Positions 11,511 to 24,447 of a DNA stretch of 64,000 nucleotides are shown here, piece by piece. Position 1 is the first letter of the stretch; each line of letters opens with the position of its first letter. Below the pieces are notes generated by a model. That model searched no databases, was not told where the DNA came from, and saw only the letters and a list, made by a program, of their open reading frames with translations. This DNA comes from Fonticula alba ATCC 38817 (lineage: Eukaryota; Protista; Nucleariida): assembly GCA_000388065.2 (NCBI GenBank), contig KB932205.1. One strand, written 5' to 3'. Both the position numbers and the translations under genes were made by a program.

Positions 11511-14500
11511 GCGTGGTCGGCCGACTGCCAGCCATGTCGGACAGGTGCGCCGAGAAGGAGGACGACCCGCTGGACCGGGCGCTGCACGGGTACTCCGACA
11601 GCGGGGACGAGGGGGGCGCCGAGAGGAAGGGGGCAAATTCGCTGGCGCTCGTGGACCGGCAGATGCCCGTGCGCGGGCCCCGGTGCGTGGCGGTCGGGTG
11701 GCCGGCTGCCGGGTAGGGCCCGGCAAAGGGGTGGTACACGGCCGTGGGCGAGTGCGACCGGTCGGACAGCGAGCCGCTCGGCAGGCCGGCGGCATTCAGA
11801 GCCAGCGGCGACAGGCCCGGGCCGCCGGGGGACAGCATCGGCGGCGAGACATTGCGCCGGATGCCGGGGGTCGGCGGCGGCGGCGGAGCCAGCCCGGTCC
11901 ACGGGCTGTCCAGGCCGCTGGCCGAGGAGCTGGCCGAGGAGGGCGCCTGCGACGGGGGGAAGCCCGACGAGGCATGGGGGTGGAAGTGGGCCTGGCTGCC
12001 GGGGCCGGGACCGGCGGCCGGGGGTCCGCCATAGTGCTGCTGCGTCGGGGGTTCCGCGAGGGGCACCGGCGTGACGATGCCGCTCGGTGGCCCGGCCCCG
12101 GGGGCCAGGTGCGGGTGTTGCAGGAGCAGCGACGGGTTGCCGGTGCTGATGCTGCGCACATGGTGCGGCCCGGGGCCGGGGCCGCCGGAGCCGGGCCCCG
12201 GGCCCGGGCCCAGCGGCGAAAGGATGTGCCCCAGGGCCCCGGGGGCCCCGGGGGACCCGGCGCTGCTCAGGCCGCCCAGGTCGCTGGTGCTCGGGGCGGC
12301 CGCGGTCCCGGGCCCCGGGCGATGCTGGCCGCTGAAGCTGGCTCGCCGGGCCCCGGGGCTGGATGTGCCGGACCCGATGCTGCCCCGGCGCTCGGGGTTG
12401 AAGGGCGAGCTGGTGGCCGGGGCATTGGGGCCGCTGGCGCCGGGCCCGAGCCAGGCGCCCCCGGCCGCGGGGACACTCGTGCTGGCGAAGCCGCCCATCG
12501 GCGAGGAGGAGGAGGTCGGCGAGGAGGAGGTCGAAACCGGGGTCGTCACCAGGGACTTGATGTTGGACAGGCCACTGGGGGAGGAGGTGGACAGGCGCCG
12601 GGCCAGCAGCAGGTTGTCCTCCCGCAGGACGCCATAATTCCGGTACCCGAAGCCGGAGCACTCGCCAAGCATGAAGCCCCCGCCGGAGGAGACCGTCGGG
12701 CAGCTGGTGCTGCCGCACATGGTGCACCGGAGCCCGGCCCCGGTCCCGACCAGGGCCGGCACCATGGACGTCATGGAGGGCGTGGCGCTGACCAGGCCGC
12801 TGCCGGTGGCCGACAGCCCGGACAGGGTGGCCGACGAGGACTCGGACGGGGTGCGCGGGGGGAGCGGCGAGCCGGGGCGCGGGGGCGCCGGCCCGGCCCC
12901 GGCCGCCGGCCCCCCGGCCGCCGTGCCGCCGGAGGTGATGACCCCGGCGGCCAGGTGCGGCCGTGAGGTGGCCAGGGGGCTGGCCACCTGCAGGGGGCTT
13001 CGCCCGGCGCCGGCGCCGGCGCCGGCGCCGGCGCCGGAGGTGGTGCTGGTGCTGGCGCTGGTGCTGGTGCTCGGGGGGTCCGGCGTGGTGGAGGTCCCGC
13101 CCCCGGTGGCGGAGGACGCCCCCCCGGCGGCCGATGGGCGGGAGGGCTGGTCGGCGGCCGGGCCGCTGGACGCCGCATGCGGCGCCCGGTCCTGCGAGGG
13201 CAGGCCGCCCATTGGTCCTGCCGGTGGCCGGGCCGTGGGGGCCGGGCCCGGGGCGGCTGCCTCACCGGCCGGCCGCCGGGCCGGGGGACCTCCCTCGCCG
13301 GCCGGGGCCGAGCTCTCCAGCGGTGTGTTGGGGGTGGAGGGCGGCGGCGGCCGGCGGCCGGGCTCCGCGTCCATGCCGGCCGGCGGCAGGTCCAGCCGCA
13401 CCACCGGCCGGCCGGCATCACTGAAGACCCCGGTCGGGGTCGGGGTCGGGCCCGAGCCGGACAGAGCCCCCGAGTCCGACTGCGACTCGGTGGCCTGGGC
13501 CTCGGCCGAGTAGACGGCCCCGGTGCGCAGCGGGCTGGGGCGCTTGGCCGGCGCCGTGGACAGGGCCGCGGCCTGGGGAGCCAGCCGCCGGCCGCGGCCC
13601 AGGCCACGGGTGCCCGGGTCCGGCGACACGGGCGTCGAGGGCCCGGCGATCGGGCCCGGCACGGCGATCGGGCCCGGCACGGCGGAGGTGCCGGCCGCCA
13701 GGCGCGGGCTGGCGGCCGGGCTGCGCGGCGCGGCCGAGCGCCGGGTCGCGCGGTCGGTGCTCGACCGGCCGGCCGACGCTGCCGCCGCCGCCGGCGAGGG
13801 GGGCGGGGACCCGGTGGCGACGGCGCTGGCCGTGCTGGCGGCCAGCGCCGCCTGGCTGCTGTCGCCCACCTCGCTCTCGGACGAGGAAGCGGGCACCACG
13901 GCCTCGCTAGGGATCGTGGTGAGCGCAGGTCAGTAAGGCACGTTTGCACCGGGGGTGGGGTGGGGTGGGGGGGGGGGGGCGGAGGTGTGGCTTTTTTCCG
14001 CTGTGCTTCTCTGTCTCGCTGCCTCGCACTTGCCTCGCCTTCCCCCGCAGCCGTTTTCGCTCTGTCTCTCTCTGTCTCTCTCTCTCTCTCTCTCACTCGC
14101 TCGCTCGCTCGGGCACCCACCCTCGGGGCCATGCAGCATGCGTGGCCAGTGGCGTACCGGTTCACCTGAAGCAGCAGGGCCTCAGCATGCGGGCTCTTGC
14201 CGGTGGCCAGCGAGGCCCCCCCCCGGTCCCGGTGGTGCCAGGTCGAGTAGCGCCCCGACTGGCCGAAGGCGTATTTGCCGCCGGCCGGGGGGGCAGCCGC
14301 AAGCGAGCCCCCGGGCCCGGAGGTGGCCGACGAGCTGATCGCAGCCGAGGACGTGGCGGTGGAGGCCGACCCGGCGGAGCCAGTGCCCCCGGTGGGCACC
14401 CCGGCCTCGGCCGCCAGGTCCGCCAGGACCGACGCCGGCTCCGACCGCTCGTGCGAGGTGGCCCGGCTGGAGGGCAGTCGCACCGTGGCAATGAGGTTGG

Positions 14501-17500
14501 CCGACGAGGCGGCCGACGTCAGCAGCACTGCCCCCGAGTCCATGGAGATGGCCGAAAGCCCGGACGCGGCCAGGGACTCCGGGTAATCCTCCAAGGTCCG
14601 GAGGAGCGACAGGTCCGACCGCGAGGCCGACATGACGGTGCGCTTGCCGCCGAAGGTTTGCGAGTGGTAGTTGCCGATCTTGCCGGACCGGCTGGCCGAG
14701 CTTGCCTGGCCGTTGGTCGTATCGGTGGAGGACTGGCCGCTGTAGCCGACATCACGCGAGGAGGACCCGCCGAGCAGGCTGGACAGCGACCGGCCGCCGG
14801 ACAGGGCCTGCCGCGCGGCCGCCGGGCTGCCCGGCGCCGGCGACGGGGCCGGCGACGAGGACAGGCTCCCGGCCGGGGTGATGCCGGCCCCGGGGCGGTC
14901 GTCGGCCGCGGCCAGCCGGCGCATGTATTGCTGGGCCTGGATTCGCAGGACCGAGGCGCTGCGGTCGGCCGGCGGCGAGGCCGCCCGGCCCCGCTGCCAG
15001 GGATACAACTTGACGGCGGCCGCCGGGCTGGCCCCCGGCCGCGAGGGCGGCGTGCCCACCGGCGAAAGTGGGGCCTGGGCCGCGGGGCGCGCCCGGGCCG
15101 GGGTCACGACCACCGTCGGCGGCTCGGCCACCCGGAGGGCCTCCATCGTGGCCGGCCGCGAGCTGTGGATGGTTGCATGGCCGGCGGCCGGGGGCGGGGC
15201 CGCCAGGGGTGGCGGCGGCCTCGGCAGGACGCCGGGGCCGTGCTCCCGGCCGGGGGGGCCCCCGGCGGCCGGCCGCCCGGCCGCCCGCGCGCTGGCCTCT
15301 TCCTGGCCGGCCTGTGGCCAGGGTGCTGGCAGCGGCGGCGGCGGCGGCGGCCGGGTGAGGGTCTCCTCCGAGACGTCGGCCTCGGCGCCGGAGTCGATTG
15401 CGCGCGAGGACGAGCGCGACAGGCCCGCCCGCCGGGCCTCCGCCTCCTCCTCGGGCGATGATGAGGCGGCCGACCCGCGCGAGGGCTGGCCCGCACGCGG
15501 TGCCACCAGCGCCAACGGCGGCGGCGGCGGCGGCGGCGGCCCCTGGGGCACCTGCGGCGGCTGTGGCAGCGGCGGCGGCGGCAGCGGCGGCAGCGGCAGC
15601 GGCGACGGCCCCAGGACCTTGCTCGATGACAGGTAGCCCGCCGGCCCGGGGGCCGGGTGGAGTTGATAGTGCAGCAGCAGCGGGTCCCCATCGGACAGCG
15701 AGGAGGACGAGGCCGACAGCCGGGGCCGGCGTGGCTGCTCCGAATTCTCCGACGATGCCACATCCCCGGTGGCCAGGCTGTCGGCCAGCAGCTCATTGGA
15801 GGAGGTGGTCAGGGCGAGCGGCGGCGGCAGTGGCGGCAGTGGCGGCGGCGGCGGCGGCGAGGGCGACGCCGAGGGCGGCATGGCCGACGCCGGGCCCGGG
15901 TCCTCGGGCGCCGGGTCCCCGGGCGCCGGGTGCTCGGGCGCCGGGTCCCCGGGCGCCGGGTCCGGGCCCGCCACCAGCGGGGCCGGCAGGGGCACCGAAG
16001 CACTGGCGCCGGAGGGCGTGCCGATAGACATGCTGTCGGTGATGGTGACACTGGTGTCGGTGATGGTGACACTGGTGTTGGTGTTGGTGGTGATGGTGGC
16101 CGCGACCGAGGTGGCCGCCGTGAGGTCCGTGTCATCGCCATCGATGTCGGTCATGGGGCCGACGCCGCGCTGGTCGAAGTACGACACATCGGCGTCGTCC
16201 TGCAGGCGCGGGATGAAGAAGGCCTCGGCGTGGGCCAAGTTCCGCCAGTTGATCTGCTCCGCCTCCGGGGGCTCCTCCCAGATGTACACCGGCTGCGGCA
16301 GGCCCCGGGGGTTGCCGTAGGTCCGCTGGCGCCGGGGGATGGACCCGGCGCGCGGGGACACCGGCGAGCTGCCGGCTGCCGAGCCGGGCCCCGCGCCCGG
16401 CCCCCCGGGCAGGTCGCCGGCGGCCATCGGCTGCCCGGGCCCGCGCCCGGGCGACACCGGCGGCGAGGGGGAGTTGCCGGATCCGCCCTGCGCCCGGGGG
16501 GTCTGGTCCAGCAGCGGGCTGTTGTCCGGGCCCAGCATGAGCCCGGGCCAGGGGCCGAAGTACCGGTGGGCCTTGACGGCCTGCGAGCCGCCGGTCACAA
16601 AGGACCCGAGCCGGCGCTCCGGGTCCGCATTCAGCAGGTGGTTGATGATGTTGTAGGAGTGCCAGGAAATCGGGATGTACGTGGCCTCCTCCGACGGCAT
16701 GGGCCCCCCGTCGGAGCTGCTGGAGCCGCCCATCGACGCGCGGCCGATGTCCAGGCGGAGGTCGGCCCTCGGGGAGGGGGTCCCGCCGGGGGCGCTGGCC
16801 GGGGTGGTGGCCGGGCTGTCGGCCCCGCTGGCGCCGGCGGACGGTGTCTGCGGGTGCTGCGGATGCTCGGCATTGCCCAGGCGGCCACGGCCGCCGACCA
16901 TGCCATCCGACAGCTGCAAGTTGGAGGGGTCGCTGTAGAAGGCCGACAGAGATGGCCCGGCCGTGCGGCCGGCCCCGCTGTGCAGGTCCAAGTCCCCGTG
17001 GGAGGAGGCCCCGCCATGGAGAACGCCCAGGCGCCGGAGGGCCACCATTCGCCGGCGGAGGTCCTCCTCGCCGCCGGGGCTGGCGCCGGCCATGCTGCTG
17101 CTCGGGCCCAGCAGCGGCGAGTGCGAGGCCGAGAGGGAGGTCGACCCGGACACCGGCGAGGGCGATGCCCGGGCCATGGGCGGCAGGGGCGGCTGGGGCT
17201 GCAGGAAGATCGGCCTCGCCAGGAGCTCCGGCTCGCCGCCAGGCCCGCCGGGCCCGCCGAGGTCCGGCGAATTCCGCAGCAGCCGATCGCGCTCCTCGGC
17301 GTGATGCCGCTCCCAGGCCAGCAGCTCCCCCGGGCCGCGGACATTCGACCAAAAGCCCGACAGGGGCCTGGAGTCGTTGCTGTTCCGGTCCCAGCGCTGC
17401 TTCTTCACCCGGCGCAGGGTCCCGGACAGGTAGTGGAAGCGCCCGCGCTGCTCGGTGGCCAGGCGCCGGCTGGGGAAGGTCCCATGGTCGCCGGCGGGCG

Positions 17501-20500
17501 AGTCATCGCTCGGCCCGGCGACGGCGGCCGCCGCCTCGGCCCGGGCCGCGGCCGCCATCCGGTGCAGGCGCTCCTGCGACCAGGAGGTGGCCAGCTGCTC
17601 CTCCAAATCGCGGCGCAGCCCGGCCGCCGGGGTCAGCGCCTCCGGCGAGGCCGGCGCCGACAAGTTGGCAATGGCCTGCCCCCCGGCTTCGGCCATGTCG
17701 GTGGGCTCGGCGTACAGGGTCCGGTCGGAGTCGTCCGAGGACACGGCCCCGGTGGTGGTGGTGGTGGTGGTGGTGGTGGTGGTGGTGGTGGAGCCCCGAC
17801 TTGGGCTGGCATCCGATGTCGACCCGGCGTCCACATCCTCCAGGTCGCTGGCGAACTCCACCGACCAGGAGATGTCCCGCAGGACGATGCGGCCGAAAAT
17901 CTGCTCGCGCGTCGGCGCGTGGAAGGGCGGCACGCCATACAGGAACTCGTAGAGAATGACGCCGAGGGCCCACTGGCGGGCAGGCAGGGCCGGGCGAGCG
18001 GGCAACGCCGAACGAGCGGGCGGGCGTGAGAAGAGGCAGGAGGATCAGCGGGGCGGGNNNNNNNNNNNNNNNNNNNNNNNNNNNNNNNNNNNNNNNNNNN
18101 NNNNNNNNNNNNNNNNNNNNNNNNNNNNNNNNNNNNNNNNNNNNNNNNNNNNNNNNNNNNNNNNNNNNNNNNNNNNNNNNNNNNNNNNNNNNNNNNNNNN
18201 NNNNNNNNNNNNNNNNNNNNGGGGGGCGGGGACAGAGGGGCTGCCAGCCCGGCGCCAGGGGTCCAGGCGAGCACCGCCAGGTGCCCGGGAGGAGGCAAGC
18301 GTACCCAGTCGACTTCCGGGCCGCCGGCATCGCCGCCGATCACCTCCGGGGCCATGTAGTCCGGCGTGCCGACGGCCGCGCGCTCCTGGCGGTAGGGCGG
18401 TAAGGGGTGCTGGGCTCCGGCCGACCCGGCGAAGGGGTCGTCAAAGGGCCCGCGGCCCGAGTCCCCGGCCGCGGCATTCCCGATGCCGGTGCCGTCACTG
18501 CCGTAGGCCGACCCCCCGGCGGACCGGGGGAAGAGGAAGTCTTCGGCCGTGGCGCCGATGCGGGCCAGGCCGAAATCCGCCACCTTGATGCGGCCGGTCT
18601 GCGCGCAGAGCAGCAAATTGTCCGGCTTCAGGTCCCGGTGGGCGATGCCGCGCTCGTGCAAGTGCGCCAGGGCCGCGGCCGTCTGTGCGATGTACAGCCG
18701 GGCCCACAGCTCATCGAGGCTGCCGATGTTCTGGATGTGTTTTCGCCGGGGGGCATCATGGGGACGGGAAGGGGGCGGGCAGGCGGCCGGGCGGCCGGGC
18801 CGGGCCGCGCACGGCGGGCCGGCAGGGGCAGACGCAGGACCGGGTAAGAGGGCGAAGAGGGGGGACAGCAGGCGCGGGGCGGCGCGTGACCCGGCCTGGC
18901 CCGGCCAGAGGCCGGACCACCGAGCAGGCACGGCCGGCACACGCAAGGGGCAAGTGGGACCAGCGGGGGGCGGGGGGTGGCGGGGGGGGGGGGGGGGGCC
19001 CGCCGGGCGGGCCCCACCGCGCCCGCTCTCCGGGGGGGTCCGCGCTGTGCGGGCGCCCAGCCGGGGGGGGGGGGGGGGGGGGTCCCCAGCCAGCACATAC
19101 CTTTAGCAGTGACGCGCAATCGCCACCGGCCACATACTCCATCACAAGGCAGAGGCTGCGCTCGGTTTCGAAGGCGTAATACATGCGCACCAGGAATGGG
19201 CACCCGATGCCGGCCTCGATCATGACCTCGCGCTCGATGCGAGCCCCGGCCGCGGCGATGGCCGACTTGTCTTCCTGGCCGGCGCCGGCCGGTCCGTCGC
19301 CGCCGGCGCCGCCGCCAGGGCCCCCGCCAGCCGCGGCGGCCGCTGCCGCCGCCGCGGCCGCGGCCGCGGCCGCCGCCGAGGCGTCCGTCGGAACCATCCG
19401 CTTGGGGACGGCCTTCACCGCGAAGAGGGCCCCGGTGCGGCGTTGCCGGGCCAGGACCACGCGGCCGAAGGCCCCCCGCGAAATGGGCTTAATCACCTGG
19501 AAGTCATTGACCGACACGCTGGCACTCGGCGGGGCCAGGAGCTTGCCGGAGTCGCCGACGTGCGGCAGGGGAATGCCGGCCCCCGGCAGGAGGGCCTGGC
19601 GGAGCTCGCTCAGGAAGTTGTTCTCCATGCTGACGCCGGCCATGTGGCGGAAGATCCCCCGGATGGAGGCCAGCGAGTGGCCCTCCAGGCGCAGGAGGGC
19701 CGGCGTCAGGAGCTTGCCCGAGGGCGAGCGCGGCAACTCGACGATGCTCGGGGCAACGCGCGCATGGGGGTCCGGCGGGGGCAGGGAGATGGGCGCGGCA
19801 CCGGGCTGCGCATCGGCCCGGCCCCCGGCCAGGGCCCCGACCGGCATCATGACCGACGACCAGGACCGCTGCAATGGCAGCCGCGCCTCGGTGGACACGG
19901 CGTCGCCAAATTGCAGCATTGTTTCCTGCAGGCCGAAGGCCACTTGCGAGAGGCCGGGCATGCGCAGGCCCGGCCTGCCGGGCCCGGTCCCGGTGGCCAT
20001 CCCCCCCCCGGGGCCGCGCTGGACATACGCCAGCTCCGGCATGCCCACCATGAGGGCCGCCTCGGTCAGCAGGAAGTCCCCGATCAGGTAGGCCTGGGCC
20101 AGGGCCGACCGGGCGAAGCGCCGCAGGGCCGGCAGATTCCGCGGGATGTGCGGCACGATGTCGGCCGCGTGCAGGGCCGCCACCCCGGCCGCCGCGTCGT
20201 CCGAATTGATGGCCCCCCGGTGGAGCGAGCCAAAGTCGAAGGCCGTCATCTCGGCAAAGTCCTCCGGCGCATTGGGCCCCTCCATGGTGGCGTTCCCATG
20301 CGCCAGCGGGTCCAATGTCAGCAGGGTCACATGCGTGCCCTGGGAGAGCAGGGCCCGGAAGCACTCGGCGCATTGGCAGGACTCCGGATCGGAAAGGGGC
20401 TCCTGCAGGTGCCCCGGCACGAAGGCCTGGTGCCGCAGGAGGACCTGCATCTCGCTGCCGTGGATGAAGAGCTTCGGGTTGGCCTCGATGAGATTCCAAT

Positions 20501-21597
20501 CGGCCGGGTGCCGCGGAGGGGCCCGCGTCCGGCCGGCCAGGCTGAGGGACGAGGCGCCCCGGCTGGGCCCGCCCGACTGGGCCGTCTGGTGGTGCAGGCG
20601 CTCCCGGCCGTGGAACAGGACCACCGGGCCGTCCGGGGGCCAGGTGGCCCGGCCGCCCGGGCAGCCGGCCGGCATGCCATCCAATCGCAGGAGGGTTTTC
20701 ACCTCTTCCAGGGAGTCGGCACTGGCCGGGCCGGCCAGATGCACCGGCGACTGGCAGCCACTGCTGCATGCACTCGCATGCCCGGTCGCCATGGCGCTGC
20801 TATGCCCGGGGCCCAGGGCGCTGGTGGCCCCTTCCAAGCGCAGAGGCTCGGAATGCAGATGCTGCTGCCCGGCCGGCAGCAGCAGCATGGCCGCCGAATC
20901 GTCCGCCTCGTCGTCGCGCTCGGCGCCGCTGTCCTCGGAGGACTCCGGCCCCGGGGAGGGGCTGGTGCTGCCGTCTTCCGCCCCCGGCCGGAGCCCCGAG
21001 CCGGAGCTGCTGCTGCTGCTGAGCTCGGTGTCGGCCTCGGTGCCCTCGTCATCGGTCGGCGGTCGCAAGCGCCGAAGGACCGGGTGGTTCCAGTAGGCCG
21101 GCATGGGGGCCGCGGCCGGGGCATGGCCACCCGCCGGCCACGGCGTCCCTGCCCCGGGGCTGGAGTCCTCGGCATAGATGTCCTCGGCGAAATCGGACAC
21201 CATCCCACCGGCGACCGAGCTCCGGGGCGAGTGGATCAGCATCTCGGCCTCGGAGCCGGCACTGACAAGGGCCGATCCGGCGGCCATCGCCGGCGCCACC
21301 GCCATGCTCGCCCCGGGTGACGGGCCCAGGCCCGTGCCCAGGGGAGCCGGGCCCTCCGGCAACTGGACCTGGAGGAGGCCGGCCATGCTGGTGTGGGGGT
21401 CCTCCTGGTGCTGGGGCTGCTCCGGCGCCCGGTGCTGGCGGTGGTGCTCATGCCCGGGCAGGAAGTGCAGCCGGTCGTGCGGAAGCCCCGCCTGCGAGGG
21501 GTGTTGGCGAAGGGCATCCATGTCTTCGGGCGCGTGCATGTCCCCGCACTGGGGAACATTGCAAGCATCCCATCCCATGCAGCGGGCCTGGTGACTG

Positions 21598-21648
<51 letters not shown>

Positions 21649-24399
21649 AGGGACTGCTGCTGTTGCAGGTACTGCTGCTGTAGGTACTGCTGCTGCAGGT
21701 ACTGCTGCTGCAGGTACTGCTGCTGCTGCAAGTACTGCTGCTGATGTTCATGGTGCTGGCCCGGGTCGCGCTGCGAGTGCAGCGACTCGGCCGAGGTCTG
21801 ACGCATGGTGCTCGAGGACTGGTCGCTGATGCGCGGGCTGATGGAGGCCACCGGCGAGGAGAAGCGCCCGCGCGGCCAGAGCGCCGGATCCGGCTTGGAT
21901 TCCAAGCGCGACACCACCGCCAGCAGGGCCTCGGAAAAGGTCTTGCCATTGAACATGCCGAAGGTGTCGTTGCTGTCGCTGTTGAACTGCCCGGGGATGT
22001 ACTCGCGCAGGCCGAGCTCATGGAAGTTCAAGTCCACGGACCAGCCATTGGCCAGGGAGCACTCGCGCGGGCTGTACCGCGACCGCCAGAGGTTGATCTG
22101 CCGGCAGAGCTCATTCAGCGGCGTCAGGCGCCGGTTGATGCGCGATGGCAGCAGGCGCGTGCTCTCGGCCACGAAGCCCGAGCACAGGGAGATGCGCATC
22201 TGCCCGGACACGCGCTCGAACTGCCGCAAAGCCTTGCGCATGTGCCGGGGGAGGCCCTTGCGCGCGCCGGAGCGGCCCAGTGACTGGATGACGGTCGTGG
22301 CCGGGAGGGCCGCCTGGCGGGGCTGGCCGGTGGACACCCCGGCCGGCGAGGTCCCGGTCATCGGCACCCACAAGTTCATGCGGACAATGGCCCGGCGAAT
22401 TTGCACCAGCAGCACCAGATCGTCCCACTGGGGGGCACGCCGGGCGCCGACGCGGGACGACCGCCTGGGCGCCAGCAGCTCCGAGGGGTTTGGCGACTCG
22501 GAGAGGGTGCTGCTGGAGAGGGTGCTTGAGGTGGGCTGGTCGCCGGTCCCGGCGCCGGGGGTCGATCCCACCGAAGCGCTCTGCCGGCTGGCCAAGTGCG
22601 AAGGGTCCCCGGCCGGGGGCCCGGTGCTCGGCCGGGGGCTGGCGACCGGCGGCGCCGGCCCCGGCGCCAGGTCCGGTGACATTGGCGCCCCGCGATCCAG
22701 CGACCCGGGCGAATTGGAGCTGGAGTTTGGCGGCGACCGCGACAGGGCGAAGGCGTCCATGGCACGGGCGCGCGTGCTGCCCGGGGGCGAAGTGGGGCCC
22801 GGTGCCGCCAGGGCCCCGGCATGGCGGGCCCCCGGCCCGGGGGATGCGGCCGCCCCGGCGCCCGGCGTCAGCATGGCCGCCTCCTTGCCGGGGTCGCTGG
22901 CGCGCGAGGTGTCCGGGCTGAGGGCCGCGGCCGGGGAGGACTCCGTCGTCGGGGGCGTCCAGGGGGTGGACGTCCAGGACTTGGGGCGCTCGCGCGGGGG
23001 CCCGCCATTCCGGCGACCGGGGGCCGGGCGGCTCCGCGGCGGGTCCAGCTCGGTGGCCTGCGCCTCGGCCGGGGGCCCGGGCAGCTGCGGCAGGACGCCC
23101 GGCCGATGGGGCTTCGGCGCCTCGGGCAGCTCTTCGCCCTCCGAGGGCGAGGGGCTGGTCGGCGGGCTGAGGATCAATTGGGACCCGGTGCCGGAGGTGG
23201 GCCCGGGCGTGCCCGGACCCTCGCCGGCACCCGGAGGACAGAACTCCGGCAACACGCCATCCGACTTGGAGGCGGTCAACTTGGCCCGGCCGGCCTGGCG
23301 AGCAGGCCCACCCGAGGGGGGCCCATCCTCGCCGGCCCGCCGGCGAAGGGCCACCATGCGAGCCGTGGCATTGGCCCAGGTGCTGCTTTGTGGCAGGCCG
23401 CCGGGCGCCGGGGGCGGGGCCGTGCTGGCGCCGGGCCCGGCTGGGCCGGCGGGAGGGGTGTTGCCGGTGTCGCTACTGCCGCCGCCCGGTGCCCCTGGCA
23501 GGCTCCGGGTGGCCATGGCCGCCGGAATGGCCACCGGCGAGTTGACCATCACTTCGGCGGACGAGGAGCCATCAGCGGCCGGCGCCCCGGGCGAAGGGCT
23601 GGCCACCGGCGAGGCGAGGCCCGGCTCGGCAGGCCCGCCGGCAGGGCTGCCCTTGCGGCCGGCCGCGGCGCCGTGCCGCCGGCCGCCGGACCCCACCCGC
23701 GCCCGAGGGGCAATCATATGCCGGAGCTTGGAGAAGAGGCCGCCGCCACGATGGGAGCGGTCGCGTGCGGGCCCGGGCCCGGGCCCGGCCAGGCCAGTCG
23801 GACCGGCCGCCGGGGCGTGGTGGTCCGTGCTGGCCGATGCCCGGGCCTCGGGCCCATCCTGGCTGTGGCCCGGGTCGGCCGCCGCCACCGGTGGCCGGTG
23901 TTCCTCCTCCGGCGAGGGGGGCCGGACATCCATGCGCTCGGGGCCGGGCCCGGGCGTGCTGGCGGGCGCGCCCGCGCCCATGCCCATGCCCGTGGTGGCG
24001 GCCTCGGGCACCGGCACGGGCTCCTGCCCGGCCGTCGGGGGTGCCTCGGCGTCCGGCGACGGCGCCACATGCCTGGGCCCGGACCTGGAGGCGGGGCGAG
24101 TGTCCTGGCAGGAGGTCGTGGTGCTGGCGGGCCTGGAAGCATAGAACAGGTAGGCGCTCCGGTGGTAGCCACGGAGGACGTTGAAGAGCCGGTCGCGCGA
24201 GTCGCGTATCCGCCACAGGACCTCGGGCACGGGGAAGGCCCCGGGCAGGATGCGCACGCAGGCGGCCGCGTGTGTGGCGAAGTCCTGGAGCACAAGTGGT
24301 CAGTCAGTCGGTCAGGGGGGGAGGGGGGGGGGGGCGGGCAGGGGAATGGGCTGCCTCTTTGGCGGGCCGGGGGCTCCTCCTCCCTCGTCGCCGCCGCCG

Positions 24400-24447
<48 letters not shown>

